Shown here: in pieces, positions 64,000 through 64,000 of the stretch | Numbering within the stretch: position 1 is the first letter of the stretch | Layout: each line of letters starts with the position of its first letter | Assembly: GCA_946965045.2 (NCBI GenBank) | Contig: OX337234.1 | Location: forward strand, 930,001 to 994,000 | Origin: Epithemia pelagica | Lineage: Eukaryota > Protista > Bacillariophyta | Direction of reading: 5' to 3' | DNA length: 64,000 bases | Notes under the pieces: generated by a model | The model's input: the letters and a program-made list of their open reading frames with translations, nothing else | Databases searched by the model: none | What the model was told of the DNA's origin: nothing | Program-made: the position numbers and the translations under genes

Positions 64000-64000
64000 C

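Overview
Eukaryotic nuclear DNA with GT-AG introns. It is most likely from a diatom (inference from a CPF1-type photolyase, an ASAFAP-like presequence and diatom-type LRR and LLELAVWK proteins). The window is a transposon-dense, segmentally duplicated region. (1) A ~6-kb two-gene unit with a Mutator-like DDE transposase occurs twice (585-19344 and 43200-49158). Copy 1 carries two nested insertions whose empty sites are visible in copy 2: an 11-kb Plavaka/CMC-like transposon (1225-12296; CATCTAAGG TIRs, AG TSD, RING-finger cargo) and a pogo element (16773-18949; TA TSD, HIRAN-like second ORF). (2) There are three copies of a (6-4) photolyase/cryptochrome gene, one apparently intact. (3) There are two copies of a Crinkler/RHS-like P-loop NTPase + restriction-endonuclease-fold gene with different N-termini. 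(4) Two mosaics of decayed host-gene fragments are present (INO1, TPR, PDZ-ferredoxin, SAM methyltransferase). (5) An LRR gene has its 3' end interrupted by a palindromic insert flanked by a 130-bp duplication. (6) A second Mutator-like transposase lies at 54957-58295. (7) At the right end, a RAG1/Transib-like transposase lies tail-to-tail with a BAH-like ORF, the most intriguing arrangement here. All family assignments come from motif recognition by eye; no searches were run.
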